A DNA stretch of 64,000 nt from an archaeon (lineage in GTDB: Archaea; Asgardarchaeota; Thorarchaeia; Thorarchaeales; Thorarchaeaceae). Numbering within the stretch: the stretch's first letter is position 1; each line of letters opens with the position of its first letter. Made by a program: the position numbers and the translations under genes. Positions 1-10,157 of this stretch are shown piece after piece. The notes beneath the pieces were generated by a model, which saw only the letters and a list, made by a program, of their open reading frames with translations, did no database searches and was not told the origin of the DNA. Where the stretch lies: the NCBI GenBank assembly GCA_024276825.1, contig JAJRWI010000069.1, positions 1-64,000 on the forward strand, given 5' to 3'.

Positions 1-284
1 CATCCATGGTTTATTGATGAGGGATCAATCAGGGTTATACTCAAGCGGGCCTTTCGCCCAAGGTAATAGAATAGGCGTATGAGTAGAATTCCCAAGATGA
101 TCTGAGATAAGAAAAGAAGAATAAGTCTTGCGAGAATGGGAGAAACATGGTCAACGAGGACAAAAAATGAGGAGATTAGAATGATTGAACTTAGAGCAAC
201 TAGAGATGCATTAAAATGAGTTGATGATGTGTTGAAATCGTCCAATACAATGATTTGATCTTCTGATGTGTTGACTGATCTCAT
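1..284 (-). CDS. Partial membrane protein (runs off window start)
   Basis: Read by hand: ATG at 284 downstream of AGGAG; MRSVNTSEDQIIVLDDF...LVALSSIILISSFFVLV...LILLFLSQIILGILLIRLFYY; open to base 1; two hydrophobic segments. Confidence 0.55.
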   Translation of the reverse strand, partial: MRSVNTSEDQIIVLDDFNTSSTHFNASLVALSSIILISSFFVLVDHVSPILARLILLFLSQIILGILLIRLFYYLGRKARLSITLIDPSSINHG

Positions 285-343
285 TCATGGTCTCCTATAT
301 GCTTATGAGATAACGGTCGGTTTTATCATTTCTGCTTGATTGT

Positions 344-733
344 TCAGTCAATAAAGAATATTTCACCAAGATTCTCTGTTGCAGTAATTCGAATATGCAT
401 GTCATTTTCTAATACTCTAACTGCATCAGGCACCTTTACTATAGCGATTGCATTGCTTGAGTAGGCCACAGCAGCAAGTTCTCCGATCGATTCGCCAAAT
501 TCTGCAATCACTGCTGCACAATCTGAGAACAATTTGTTGTAGTCACCCGGATTATTATTGAAATGCTCTTCAAGTGATTTGGGCAGTACAGCAATGTCAT
601 CCGACTTCCATTCTCTGTTCAAAAACTCTGGTGATTCTATAATAACGACATGACCAGAGAATACTCCTGCTTCACCTACTGACTCGCCCCGCAAAATTGG
701 GAACAACTCTACCTCATCATGGGATTCAGTCAT
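344..733 (-). CDS. Stand-alone PEP-utilising enzyme mobile (phosphohistidine swivel) domain-like protein, catalytic His absent
   Basis: G..VG.AGVFSGHVVII...DDIAVL...AAVIAEFGESIGELAAVAY...AIVKVPDAVRVL...IRI follows the swivel-domain layout; GGxTSHAAIVAR is replaced by GESIGELAAVAY. Confidence 0.6.
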   Translation of the reverse strand: MTESHDEVELFPILRGESVGEAGVFSGHVVIIESPEFLNREWKSDDIAVLPKSLEEHFNNNPGDYNKLFSDCAAVIAEFGESIGELAAVAYSSNAIAIVKVPDAVRVLENDMHIRITATENLGEIFFID

Positions 734-883
734 TGTTCACACATCCTCATCTTTCACTGTCATTACACAGAAGATATGACGCCATTACTTAAATCTGTTT
801 CAAAGCTAAGAAACCATTGATATTATTATCAATAATGTGGCCTTTGTGTCTTGATCGAGTTATTTGAAATGGAGCGAGTGAAT

Positions 884-1408
884 ATGGGAATTTACAGGTT
901 TGAGAGTCGAAGTCCAGAGATTGGAAGAAACACCTACATCAGCAACACGGCTTCGGTCATCGGAGATGTCGTTCTCGGGGAGGAGTGCTACGTCGCTCCA
1001 GGTGCCGTGGTAAAAGGGGACTATGGCACGATACGAATAGGTGATGGCTGCTCTGTTCAGGACAATGTTGTGATTCATGCCAGACCGGATGAAATAACAG
1101 CGATTGGAAGTGATGTGACCTTAGGACATGGATGCATTGTGCATAATGCGACCATCAAGGACAATGCGGTGATTGGGATGGGGGCAATTGTTTCTGATTA
1201 CGCAGTAATTGGTGAGTGGGCAATTATTGCAGAAGGCGCTGTTGTAAGGAACAACTTTGAAGTTCCTGAGAGAAAGATTGCTGCTGGAGTTCCAGCAAAA
1301 ATCATCGGTGATGTGAAAGATGAGCATATGAAACTCCTCCTTAGATACAAGCAGATCTATAGAGATTTGGCCAAGAGGTATAAGACAGGTCTTGTAAGAA
1401 TTGACTGA
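884..1408 (+). CDS. Gamma-carbonic anhydrase family hexapeptide-repeat protein (PaaY/CaiE-like)
   Basis: ASVIGDVVLG, VKGDYGTIRIG, VQDNVVIH, LGHGCIVHNA with three Zn His, AGVPAK; ATG 884 preferred over TTG 851. Confidence 0.9.
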   Translation: MGIYRFESRSPEIGRNTYISNTASVIGDVVLGEECYVAPGAVVKGDYGTIRIGDGCSVQDNVVIHARPDEITAIGSDVTLGHGCIVHNATIKDNAVIGMGAIVSDYAVIGEWAIIAEGAVVRNNFEVPERKIAAGVPAKIIGDVKDEHMKLLLRYKQIYRDLAKRYKTGLVRID

Positions 1409-1412
1409 TTTT

Positions 1413-1446
1413 CAAAAAAAAGCGGGAAGAGACCATGAAGTCTCTC
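1413..1446 (-). terminator. Putative terminator of the ABC operon
   Basis: AGAGAC/GTCTCT hairpin followed on the minus strand by a T8 tract, between convergent genes. Confidence 0.45.
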
Positions 1447-2197
1447 AGATTTGTGTTATCATGCGATCCCTGTTGAACATCCTCAATGCTAGATAGGAAG
1501 TAATCAACAGCAAAAGGATTGAAATCATGAAAGTGAGAATGTTCGTAAACCAGATGACCTGGCCAAAAGGCATGCTGCTCCCAATAAACATTGTTGGCAC
1601 AAGCATGCTGAAGATATAAACAAGAACTGAAACACCTGAAACTTGATAGGCCTCATATACCCTGCTGACTCTACCACTAATTATTATCATTACAAATACT
1701 ACAACAAATATCATTGGAGGTCCACTGGCAAAAACCAGAAAAAGACCGGGCATATCAGGAATAAGCATCATTGGAAACCCAAAGGCAAAGAGAAGAATAT
1801 TTGATGCAATCTCAGTGATGAGAGTTCCAAAAACCAAGATAAGAATAGAGGGAATGAAAGCACTGAGTGATTTCCCCACGAGTAATTCCATGTCAGTAAG
1901 AGGAGTACACAACAATGGTTCCAAAGTGTTCTGTTCACGTTCTCCCACAAATGAATTTGCGCTGATCAGAGCAGCCGGAATTATTGCAAACATTGCAAGC
2001 ATGGAGCTGATATAGGGCAGGATGAATTCTATATAGCTACTTGCATTTGGATCGAGAATATATATCATGGGAACAGATAGAACTGAAAATAGTGGGCCCA
2101 TTGCACCCATTCCCAGCACTCCAAATTTAACATATTTGTAATTCATGGCCATCTTGATATCAGCTTTGGCCACCACCAACGACTTACTCAGATTCAT
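1445..2197 (-). CDS. ABC-2 type exporter permease
   Basis: SFVGEREQNTLEPLLCTPL...LVGK motif; about 6 TM segments; 1-nt overlap with ATPase gene. Confidence 0.85.
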   Translation of the reverse strand: MNLSKSLVVAKADIKMAMNYKYVKFGVLGMGAMGPLFSVLSVPMIYILDPNASSYIEFILPYISSMLAMFAIIPAALISANSFVGEREQNTLEPLLCTPLTDMELLVGKSLSAFIPSILILVFGTLITEIASNILLFAFGFPMMLIPDMPGLFLVFASGPPMIFVVVFVMIIISGRVSRVYEAYQVSGVSVLVYIFSMLVPTMFIGSSMPFGQVIWFTNILTFMISILLLLITSYLALRMFNRDRMITQI

Positions 2198-3156
2198 TAT
2201 TGTTCCTCCTCCTTGATCACCTGAAGATAGAGATCTTCTAGAGTCATCTCTTCTTCAGCCAGTTCAATTATTGCAATATTCGCATTAAGCAATTTACGTA
2301 TCAACACAGAGTTGTTTGAAACAGGGTCCAGAATTGTAAGCATAAGTGAGTCAGACTCGATAGACACATCAAAAATAAAATCAAGACCTTCAGCAATGCT
2401 CTTAGCGGTCTCAATATTGTCAGCCACTCTTAATTTGAAAACCTGTTTGGACTGCAGTCTTCTTCGTAACTCATCAGTCCTGCCCGAGAGTAGAATCTTG
2501 CCTTCGTCGATTATTGCAATATAATCGCATAGTCGCTGAACTTCGGCAAGATTATGACTATTAATGAAGAATGTTTGACCATATTGCTTCGCCAGTTTAA
2601 GTATCAATTCTCTGACTCTTTTTGCAGCAATAGGATCAAGAGATGATGTCGGCTCATCCAATAAAAGAACAGAGGGATTATGCAAGAGTGCACGACACAA
2701 TGCAAGACGTTGTCGATTTCCAGTACTTAGCTCTCCTGCAGGATCATTCCTTCGTTCCCAGAGGTCCATGAATTTGAGAAGATCTTCAATCCGCTTTTTT
2801 GCCTCTTCTTCAGGCACATCATATAGTTTGGCAAAATACTCCAGATTCTCATAAGATGTGAGAGAGGGATAAAGAGTATGACTGCCCTCTTCAGGGAGAA
2901 CACCAGTGCATTCACGCACATTGACAGGTTCTTCGAGAATATCATGGCCAGCAACTGAAGCCGTTCCTGAATCGGGCCTAAGTAGTGTACATAAGAGCCT
3001 TAATGTTGTAGACTTACCTGCGCCGTTGGGACCAAGAAGGCCAAAGATAGAACCCGCAGGAACCTCCAGACTGACTTCATTGACTGCAACAATCTCGTCG
3101 AATCTCTTCACTAGATTATTTATAATGACTTCATTGTTTAGTTCCAATTTAACCAC
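2197..3156 (-). CDS. ABC transporter ATP-binding protein
   Basis: GPNGAGKST, LSTGNRQR, LLLDEPT, INSH. Confidence 0.92.
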   Translation of the reverse strand: MVKLELNNEVIINNLVKRFDEIVAVNEVSLEVPAGSIFGLLGPNGAGKSTTLRLLCTLLRPDSGTASVAGHDILEEPVNVRECTGVLPEEGSHTLYPSLTSYENLEYFAKLYDVPEEEAKKRIEDLLKFMDLWERRNDPAGELSTGNRQRLALCRALLHNPSVLLLDEPTSSLDPIAAKRVRELILKLAKQYGQTFFINSHNLAEVQRLCDYIAIIDEGKILLSGRTDELRRRLQSKQVFKLRVADNIETAKSIAEGLDFIFDVSIESDSLMLTILDPVSNNSVLIRKLLNANIAIIELAEEEMTLEDLYLQVIKEEEQ

Positions 3157-3236
3157 ATCCTTTTGAAAAATGTGCGTTCAATAATGGATATGGATTGGGA
3201 TTGGTGGATGAATATGAATATGACTAATTCAGTAAT

Positions 3237-3488
3237 CTAAACAGAAATCATCTTTTCAACAACAGCAGTTGAAGTCTGTTTGATTCCGGGTATCTTATGA
3301 ATTCTGTTTACAGTCACCTCATAGAGTTCTTCAAGGTTATTTACTTCAAGGAGCATTACAATATCGTATCCTCCTGTGGTCACCGCAATCCGTGTTGCCT
3401 CGTGAATCTCTCTCAACTGAGCCAAGACAGCATCAGTATGTCCCAAGACAATATTCATCAAGACATATGCTTGAACCGTTTCTTTCAT
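3237..3488 (-). CDS. Lrp/AsnC ligand-binding (RAM) domain-only protein
   Basis: AYVLMNI...TTGGYDIVMLLEV...IHKIPGIKQTSTAVV; AGGTGA SD before ATG 3488. Confidence 0.85.
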   Translation of the reverse strand: MKETVQAYVLMNIVLGHTDAVLAQLREIHEATRIAVTTGGYDIVMLLEVNNLEELYEVTVNRIHKIPGIKQTSTAVVEKMISV

Positions 3489-3493
3489 GTTAA

Positions 3494-4753
3494 TCACCTA
3501 TAATCGCGAATCACAATCAGAGTCTGAATTTCTTCTATCTCAGGTATTTGTTGAATCTTCTTTAGTATCATCGATCGTTTCTTTGTAAGGCTTCTACTCT
3601 TTATACTTAGGATATAGTCGTGTTCACCTGCAACAGCTGCTGCTTTCTCAACGCCTTTGATATCAAACAATTGTGGAAGTATATCACCAGTCTGTGGTTT
3701 CACCTTAATGAATACAAGGGACCTAACATCAGCCGCCTGCAGAGAGATGACTCCAATCATAACTAAAATAACACCCATCACTCTCAGGACCCAGATGAAA
3801 GTGTTAGCTGAAATCTCACCAAATGCACCTGGCAAAAAGATGTTTCCAATAAGTGTGATTGGAATCCCCAACAGGACAGAGATTGAGGACAGAGCATTAA
3901 CCACGGACATTGACCCTCTTGCAAGAGCTCTTACATACATAACCAATGAGATGAAGATTGAGAGTGATGATGCAACCATCAATCCCAGCAACGGAGTGAA
4001 TGAAACAAGCATCAGTTCAATGGTGTTGTTGTTGATGAATGGAATCATGAATATAGTCATTGTGAGGTTGAGAAACAGTAGAGACCATACCCGCATATTT
4101 AGAGTATCGACATGAAGCCCCTTTTTGAGCTCATAACGCTTTGTCTTCTTCTGAAAATAAGTATAGAACGCAGATGCAATATTCATAGGACCTAAGACGA
4201 TGAGCAGGGCTCCAATGTCAAACCCACCAATTACAACTCCAACCAGAAGCACTCCAAAAAGGATTGACAAAATTGAATGTATCTCAACTATTGTCGGCGT
4301 GTCCTTTTCAGCAAGGAGGTCTCCAACGAGGAGGTAGATGATTACCAATTGTCCATAAGGCAGAACTGTTGATGCATCTGTGAAACCGACAAGGATGTAA
4401 TAGAAAAATGTGGAGAGCCCTGCAAAGAGCCCACTGATCATTAAGTAAACCATTGGTCTTTTTGGCAATAGGCCAATACGACCAAAATCAGGGTCTAGAG
4501 AGGCACCCAAGGCCACAGGTCGTCCCCGTTTTGAAACACGGATGCTAAGGAATGCTACAGCACAGATAGTTACAAGCAGACTGACCCATTGTGACATTAT
4601 TCCAAATGATATTGGATCAGACAGAACAGTGTTAATCGCAACAACATCAAAGGCGACAGAAAAGGCCCTAAATATACCAGACCCAATTGCCAAAATATAG
4701 AACAGCGCTGCTGCGGACTGTTTGGCAACTGGTCTCTGGGTGCGACTGCTCAT
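3494..4753 (-). CDS. EamA/DMT-like 10-TM membrane protein fused to C-terminal Lrp/AsnC RAM domain
   Basis: Two 5-TM repeats (ALARGSMSVVNALSSIS...), then SLVFIKV...GVEKAAAVAGEHDYILSIK...IPEIEEIQTLIV. Confidence 0.75.
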   Translation of the reverse strand: MSSRTQRPVAKQSAAALFYILAIGSGIFRAFSVAFDVVAINTVLSDPISFGIMSQWVSLLVTICAVAFLSIRVSKRGRPVALGASLDPDFGRIGLLPKRPMVYLMISGLFAGLSTFFYYILVGFTDASTVLPYGQLVIIYLLVGDLLAEKDTPTIVEIHSILSILFGVLLVGVVIGGFDIGALLIVLGPMNIASAFYTYFQKKTKRYELKKGLHVDTLNMRVWSLLFLNLTMTIFMIPFINNNTIELMLVSFTPLLGLMVASSLSIFISLVMYVRALARGSMSVVNALSSISVLLGIPITLIGNIFLPGAFGEISANTFIWVLRVMGVILVMIGVISLQAADVRSLVFIKVKPQTGDILPQLFDIKGVEKAAAVAGEHDYILSIKSRSLTKKRSMILKKIQQIPEIEEIQTLIVIRDYR

Positions 4754-4805
4754 GACTAGACCTCCGAGCTAATGCAAATGAGAGGGCAGATGCTTAAGTC
4801 TATTA

Positions 4806-5921
4806 TCATTCAGAGTCTTCGGGTTCGGAGTCTTCTATGGGTGATTCAGAATCTGCAGATTCAGTCGCAACATCTTCGTTTTCGTCTTGCTCTACTTCGG
4901 CGTTTTCTTCAGACTCTTCTTCGGCAGTTTCTTCAGAAACAGTGGGTTCGGACTCTGTGGTATCGCTATCTTGAGTTTCTTCAGTAGACTGCTTCTTTTT
5001 CCGCTTCTTTGACTTCTTCTCACTACTGACCATTCTCTGGGCAAGAATGAACTCATCGAATGTCAGTCTCTTGCCAGCTTGAAGCTTCTCAATTGCGGCA
5101 TCAACTCGCTCTTGCTCATCGATCCTCTGCTTGGCCTTTTTCTCCATCCGTGCAGTATCGCGATGCTCAGACTCATACTTACGAATCTTCTTGTAAATCT
5201 CATCAATCTCTGTTCTCAAAGTCTTGAGACGTTCTTCACCCGCCTTGACCTTCTTTAGCCACTCGACAAAATTCTTGTGTGCGGTATCGGCAAGGCGTTT
5301 GTATTCTTCTAATTGAGGGCGAATTCGTACAACCTCTTGATGATGAATCTGCGATTGTTCTGAGAGCTCCAAAACTTGTTGATGAATCTCACCAGCCTCA
5401 TCCTTGAGCCTTCGTGCCATTCTTCGCAGTTCACTTATCCTGTCCTGTTTCTCTTTTTCTTGACCAATCTTGACAAGCTTGGCTTCTATCTTGGCAATCT
5501 CTTCAACAAGAGCCCGCTCATCTTCAGCAGTCAAGATCTCTGTCTGTTGACGCCATTCGAGCTCTTCAACACGACGCATCATCCGTCTTTGATCGGACGA
5601 TGGGCTTCCCACAATCTTGCCACGGAGTTCACGAATCTCATCATAGACAGCTTTCAACTGCTGATGTATTGCAGACCTTCTCTCCTTGGCGTCTCGGATC
5701 TGTGCATTAATCTTATCACGAGCCTCGCGTTCGGCCTTCACTGATTCAATCAGTGCACGGACCTCTTTGTTATGCTCATCACGTATTGTCTTATACTCAC
5801 GCATCTTGTCTCGATCGCGTCGCAACTGCTCGAGTTCTTCACGAGCTTGTGCTTTCAGTTCGCGTAATCGGGCACGAAGATACTCAATGTTTTCTGGTGT
5901 GGCTTCGACGGCTTCTGTCAA
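4806..5921 (-). CDS. Archaeal coiled-coil protein (COG1340-like) with acidic C-terminal tail
   Basis: Long heptad coiled coil, LEWRQQTEILTAEDERALVEEI, KLQAGKRLTFDE; E/D/S-rich tail. Confidence 0.75.
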   Translation of the reverse strand: MTEAVEATPENIEYLRARLRELKAQAREELEQLRRDRDKMREYKTIRDEHNKEVRALIESVKAEREARDKINAQIRDAKERRSAIHQQLKAVYDEIRELRGKIVGSPSSDQRRMMRRVEELEWRQQTEILTAEDERALVEEIAKIEAKLVKIGQEKEKQDRISELRRMARRLKDEAGEIHQQVLELSEQSQIHHQEVVRIRPQLEEYKRLADTAHKNFVEWLKKVKAGEERLKTLRTEIDEIYKKIRKYESEHRDTARMEKKAKQRIDEQERVDAAIEKLQAGKRLTFDEFILAQRMVSSEKKSKKRKKKQSTEETQDSDTTESEPTVSEETAEEESEENAEVEQDENEDVATESADSESPIEDSEPEDSE

Positions 5922-6126
5922 AATCGGCTTACCTCAGAACAGGTTTTACTAGCCCTGCAGAACAGGACGGATTCCTATACTTATGTAATGGTAGTCATTA
6001 AGACTACCTGTAATTTCTTCGCTTCGAAGCCTACTTTTAAGTCTATTCATGGGACAGAATTCTACCAGATTTCAGTAATAAAATAATAATCAGAATGCCT
6101 GTGAGATAACTGGCGGTTTAATGCTC

Positions 6127-7026
6127 CTATTGACCAAGGATAATTCTTGCAATTTTCTCAGAAATATCGAACTCCGTGATTGTCTGAAGTCCACTCCAAC
6201 CAGGTGTGGCATTTACCTCAAGAACCCAAAGGTTTCCAGATAGATCAGGAATAATATCAACTCCTACAACCCGTCCCGAAACTGCCCGTGCCGCCCTAAT
6301 TGCGATGTCATCAATGAATGTGTCATTCTTTGCAGGAGTTGCACCAGCATGTATATTATAAAGAAATCCCTGGGTACTGATTCTTCGCATTGAAGCAATG
6401 ACATGTTCATCGACAACCAATGCTCTAATGTCATAGCCTGGACTCTGAACGTACTGCTGAACCAAATACGCCCCTTTGCCATATCGTAAATTATGATACT
6501 TGAGATATTCAAGACTATGAGCAATATCAAACTCATTGCTGATTAGTTTAACACCCTGGCCACCAAAGCCTGTCAATGGCTTGAGAACGCAAGGAGCATT
6601 CTTGGTTATGAATTCGGATGCTTCTTGTATCGATTCGGTAATGAGGGTTTCTGGAACATGCACGCCAGCTCTTGCAAGATGCTGCAGTGTGCTGCCCTTG
6701 TTTCGCATGATAATAATTGATTCAACAGGATTAATGATGGATACTCCGTGATTGGAAAGGGTTGAAAGAATTCCAATTCGATTATAATATGAGCCAAGAT
6801 CTTCAGCCCCCAAGTCTATTACAAATATCATATCAAAATCAAACAGATTCTGCGAATCTGAAAACAATTCAAGTGTACCATTCGAGATATGAGTATTGAT
6901 TAGCCAGGGGACAATTCGTATGGTACTAACACCCAACTTGGAAAAGGCCCGCTCAAGAAACCTCATTCTTTGAGAGTTGGGTTCCGATGAAAATAGACCA
7001 AGGCGGAAGGATTCAAAAGAACTCAT
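6127..7026 (-). CDS. RimK-family ATP-grasp alpha-L-glutamate ligase (MptN/CofF/LysX-like)
   Basis: VPETLIT, VLKPLTGFGGQGV, VQQYV, DIRALVV, NIHAGA, GVDII, VLEVNATPGW. Confidence 0.85.
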   Translation of the reverse strand: MSSFESFRLGLFSSEPNSQRMRFLERAFSKLGVSTIRIVPWLINTHISNGTLELFSDSQNLFDFDMIFVIDLGAEDLGSYYNRIGILSTLSNHGVSIINPVESIIIMRNKGSTLQHLARAGVHVPETLITESIQEASEFITKNAPCVLKPLTGFGGQGVKLISNEFDIAHSLEYLKYHNLRYGKGAYLVQQYVQSPGYDIRALVVDEHVIASMRRISTQGFLYNIHAGATPAKNDTFIDDIAIRAARAVSGRVVGVDIIPDLSGNLWVLEVNATPGWSGLQTITEFDISEKIARIILGQ

Positions 7027-7049
7027 AGTTGTATCAATAGGGCTAGCAC

Positions 7050-7496
7050 ATGTTGACTTTTATCCCTAACGAACCTCTTTTAATGTTAAGAATGGGCTTG
7101 TACTTGAGTCAGATGTCGCTATTTTCAGATTCAGAATTTCAGCAGATCAAAGAGAGAGTATCAAAGACCTCAAAACACATCGTCATCACGTTCAGACACA
7201 AGCATGGACCTACTCAATTGCTAGAGTTATGGAGACAGCATTTGCAGAGCCTAGGGGTAAATGGGAAATGCATCAATTGGTGGTCGAGTTCCGGAACTCT
7301 TGGACTGATTGAGTGTGAAACCAGTAATGGTAGAATCATCTTCGGACAATGGGCACTTGGAGACCACAATGAGCTAATTGCAATCTTTGAGGTTGATGAT
7401 GATGAGATTGTGAATATCAAGGATGGCTTCGATGCAGGGAATGTTAGTTCTTTTGCGATGAGAGCGATTAGGATTGGAGAAACTGGTGAAGACTGA
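7050..7496 (+). CDS. Hypothetical protein (true start may be ATG 7113)
   Basis: Fills gap between rimK-like gene and glmS; plausible composition. Confidence 0.5.
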   Translation: MLTFIPNEPLLMLRMGLYLSQMSLFSDSEFQQIKERVSKTSKHIVITFRHKHGPTQLLELWRQHLQSLGVNGKCINWWSSSGTLGLIECETSNGRIIFGQWALGDHNELIAIFEVDDDEIVNIKDGFDAGNVSSFAMRAIRIGETGED

Positions 7497-9329
7497 TTAA
7501 TCAACAGTCAGTGTTTTTGATAGATTTCGTGGTTGATCGGGATTTATCCCAAGGTCAACTGAGAGGTAATAACTTAGCAATTGAAGTGGAATCACATCGA
7601 GTAAGGGGTTAAGGAGTACATCAGTCTTGGGAACTGTTAGATAATCAATCTCTTTCTTCACATAGGGCTCAAGCTTTTCTTCTTGCTCACCAACAATAAT
7701 TGTCCTGCCCCCTCTACAACTCACCTCATTAATGTGATTAATCACCATCCACGAGTCCTCAGTTGTCGTTACAAAAATAACAGGATAGTCATTAGTGACA
7801 ATAGACAGCGGGCCATGTTTGAATTCGCTCGAGTACATTCCCTCGCAGTGGTTGTAACATATCTCTTTAATCTTCAAGGCGCCCTCACGTGCTACGCCAT
7901 CAGTGAGCCCGTACCCCAAACAATAGAGGTCATTAGCATCCATCAGGGTCTTTGCAAGCATCTTAGCAAGAATTCCAGTATGATCAATGGTTTCTCTAGT
8001 CAATCTAGGAAGGTCATTTCTTAGCAAGTTCAAGAAACGATTAGCTTCACTCTCATCAAGTGTTCCGTTTCTTTTGCCTAACATCGCTGATAAATAAGCG
8101 AAGATTATGGTCTGGGAGAAATAGGTCTTTGTTGCTGGAACGCTGACTTCATATCCGCACCCCATTGGAATGTAGGAGTCAGCATTAAACATAAGTGTGC
8201 TTCCTATGACATTTACCACACCAAGAGTCTTTCCCAAGTTATTCTCTCTCACGAGATTTAGGACATTGAGAATGTCTTTTGTTTCACCACTTTGAGATAC
8301 TAGGATGCATAGTGAGTCATCATCCAAGGTTGCTCCATACATGGGAATAAACTGACCACCTATCGCTGGAAGAATAGGTAGGCCTGCAAGGCGGTTAAAG
8401 TAGTAGGTTCCGACCATTCCAGCATTATACGATGAGCCACAAGCCACAAGATAAACCCGTGATGCCTCTTCAATCAATCCAGCCCATTTCTCAATGTTTC
8501 CGCCATCTAGAATACCTAGAAGGTCTTGTGCGACTTTGGGTTGTTCATTAATCTCTTTCAACATAAAGTGTGGAAACCCACCCTTCTCAGCCGCATTTAT
8601 GTCAATATTGCTGAGTTCGACTGGACGATCCAATTCCTTTCCATCTTCAATTCTAAATACCTTGACATCATGAGGAGTCAGACGCAGCATCTCACCGTCG
8701 CGTAAATAGATGACATTTCTGGTGACCGGAAGAATTGAGGGCAGATCACTTGAAACAATTGTGATGTTCTTATCGACTCCAGCAACAAGTGATGATCCCA
8801 TCTTAACTGCATATATCTCCTGAGCATCCGCTCGACCTACAGCAAATGCAAAGGCACCCTTCAGATCGCGAGTCGAGAGTCGTACGGCCTCAAACATATC
8901 GCCAGTCTGCTCATAGTACTTGTCAACAGCGTGCACACATAGCTCACCATCATTCTCAGAACGGACTATATGACCAGTTTCGATGAGTTCTTGCTTGTAT
9001 TCATAGTAGTTGTGGATGTTCCCATTATGAGCACCATAAAACACCTCTTGGCACCCAAAATGCGGCTGTGCGTTAGTCCGCGTTGGAGCACCGTAGGTTG
9101 CCCATCTTAGTTGGATGATTCCACGGTCGCCACGCATTGAGGACAGCCCAAGGCGTTTATTGACCTCTTCAATTGTGCCGACATCTTTTCTGAGATCAAC
9201 AACATTGTTCTGAACTGCTGCAACACCTACTGAGTCGTAGCCCCGATATGTCAGCTTTCGCCCACAAGTCACCAAGAGGTCGCCAATATTATCAAGATCA
9301 AGACTAACAATCCCAGTGATGCCGCACAT
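7497..9329 (-). CDS. glmS: Glutamine--fructose-6-phosphate aminotransferase (isomerizing)
   Basis: N-terminal MCGITG (Ntn Cys), YRGYDSVG, RWAT, HNGNI, SQSGET, LKIKE, EFKHGP, PRNLSKTLTVD. Confidence 0.96.
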   Translation of the reverse strand: MCGITGIVSLDLDNIGDLLVTCGRKLTYRGYDSVGVAAVQNNVVDLRKDVGTIEEVNKRLGLSSMRGDRGIIQLRWATYGAPTRTNAQPHFGCQEVFYGAHNGNIHNYYEYKQELIETGHIVRSENDGELCVHAVDKYYEQTGDMFEAVRLSTRDLKGAFAFAVGRADAQEIYAVKMGSSLVAGVDKNITIVSSDLPSILPVTRNVIYLRDGEMLRLTPHDVKVFRIEDGKELDRPVELSNIDINAAEKGGFPHFMLKEINEQPKVAQDLLGILDGGNIEKWAGLIEEASRVYLVACGSSYNAGMVGTYYFNRLAGLPILPAIGGQFIPMYGATLDDDSLCILVSQSGETKDILNVLNLVRENNLGKTLGVVNVIGSTLMFNADSYIPMGCGYEVSVPATKTYFSQTIIFAYLSAMLGKRNGTLDESEANRFLNLLRNDLPRLTRETIDHTGILAKMLAKTLMDANDLYCLGYGLTDGVAREGALKIKEICYNHCEGMYSSEFKHGPLSIVTNDYPVIFVTTTEDSWMVINHINEVSCRGGRTIIVGEQEEKLEPYVKKEIDYLTVPKTDVLLNPLLDVIPLQLLSYYLSVDLGINPDQPRNLSKTLTVD

Positions 9330-9470
9330 TTCCATCTCTCTCGCTTTGTGAATATTATTTCTGCGGTTCAATTACAATAAAAAGTTCTTCTTGCTGCCCA
9401 TAGTCGAAAATTCGAAGCTCTTTTAATGAGGGAAACCGATTTCATTCTTCAGAAGTGTGAGGATTAGATT

Positions 9471-10157
9471 ATGGTACGACAAAAGCGTCTTTCGCTGCTC
9501 TTACATCCTATAAGGAGGGAACTCTATCAGATTCTCTGTGAGAATCCTGGCACATACCTCCTAGAGCTAGTGGAGATTCTAGAAGCCCCATTAGGCACAT
9601 TAACATGGCATCTTCGAATTCTAGAACGAGAAGGATTAGTGAAAAGCATCAAATTTGCAGGTAAAAGACTGTTCTATCCAAGAATGCTACGTACAAAAGA
9701 AGCAGAGATGGCATACCTTACTATGAGAAGCACTACAGCAAAGAAGATCTTTCAGTATATAGTCAACAATCCGGGATGCTATCAGGAACAACTTGCGGAG
9801 AGTCTTGGTGTTCATCACGACACAGTGCGGTGGCATGTGACAAGAATGGAAGATGTTGGGTTAATCAGGGTGGAACGTGAAGGAAGGAAGAAACGGCATT
9901 ATTTGGCACATCTTGGTGAAGCCCTGTTGAAAGGAAGCCTAAATACAATATCAGAAACATTTGTTATGTTCCTCATGGAGAAACTGGAGCAGGGATGCCT
10001 TAACCCCAAGATTATCGACAGAACCGAAGACCATGTTACAATCAGATTCGATTGCCCTGAAAAAGCTAAGGACTGCAGAATTACAATCAATCTGAAGGAT
10101 TGGGAGTTCACATTTGCTGATGATGAACAAAATGAAGATGTTATGGAAACAGACTAG
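9471..10157 (+). CDS. Tandem winged-helix (ArsR-like) transcriptional regulator
   Basis: Two NPG..wHTH repeats: GTLTWHLRILEREGLV and DTVRWHVTRMEDVGLI. Confidence 0.85.
   Translation: MVRQKRLSLLLHPIRRELYQILCENPGTYLLELVEILEAPLGTLTWHLRILEREGLVKSIKFAGKRLFYPRMLRTKEAEMAYLTMRSTTAKKIFQYIVNNPGCYQEQLAESLGVHHDTVRWHVTRMEDVGLIRVEREGRKKRHYLAHLGEALLKGSLNTISETFVMFLMEKLEQGCLNPKIIDRTEDHVTIRFDCPEKAKDCRITINLKDWEFTFADDEQNEDVMETD

Noticed and set aside
5990-6008. GGTAGTC/GACTACC hairpin upstream of the coiled-coil gene
   Set aside because: Single 7-bp stem with no T-tract or other support; cannot be assigned a function
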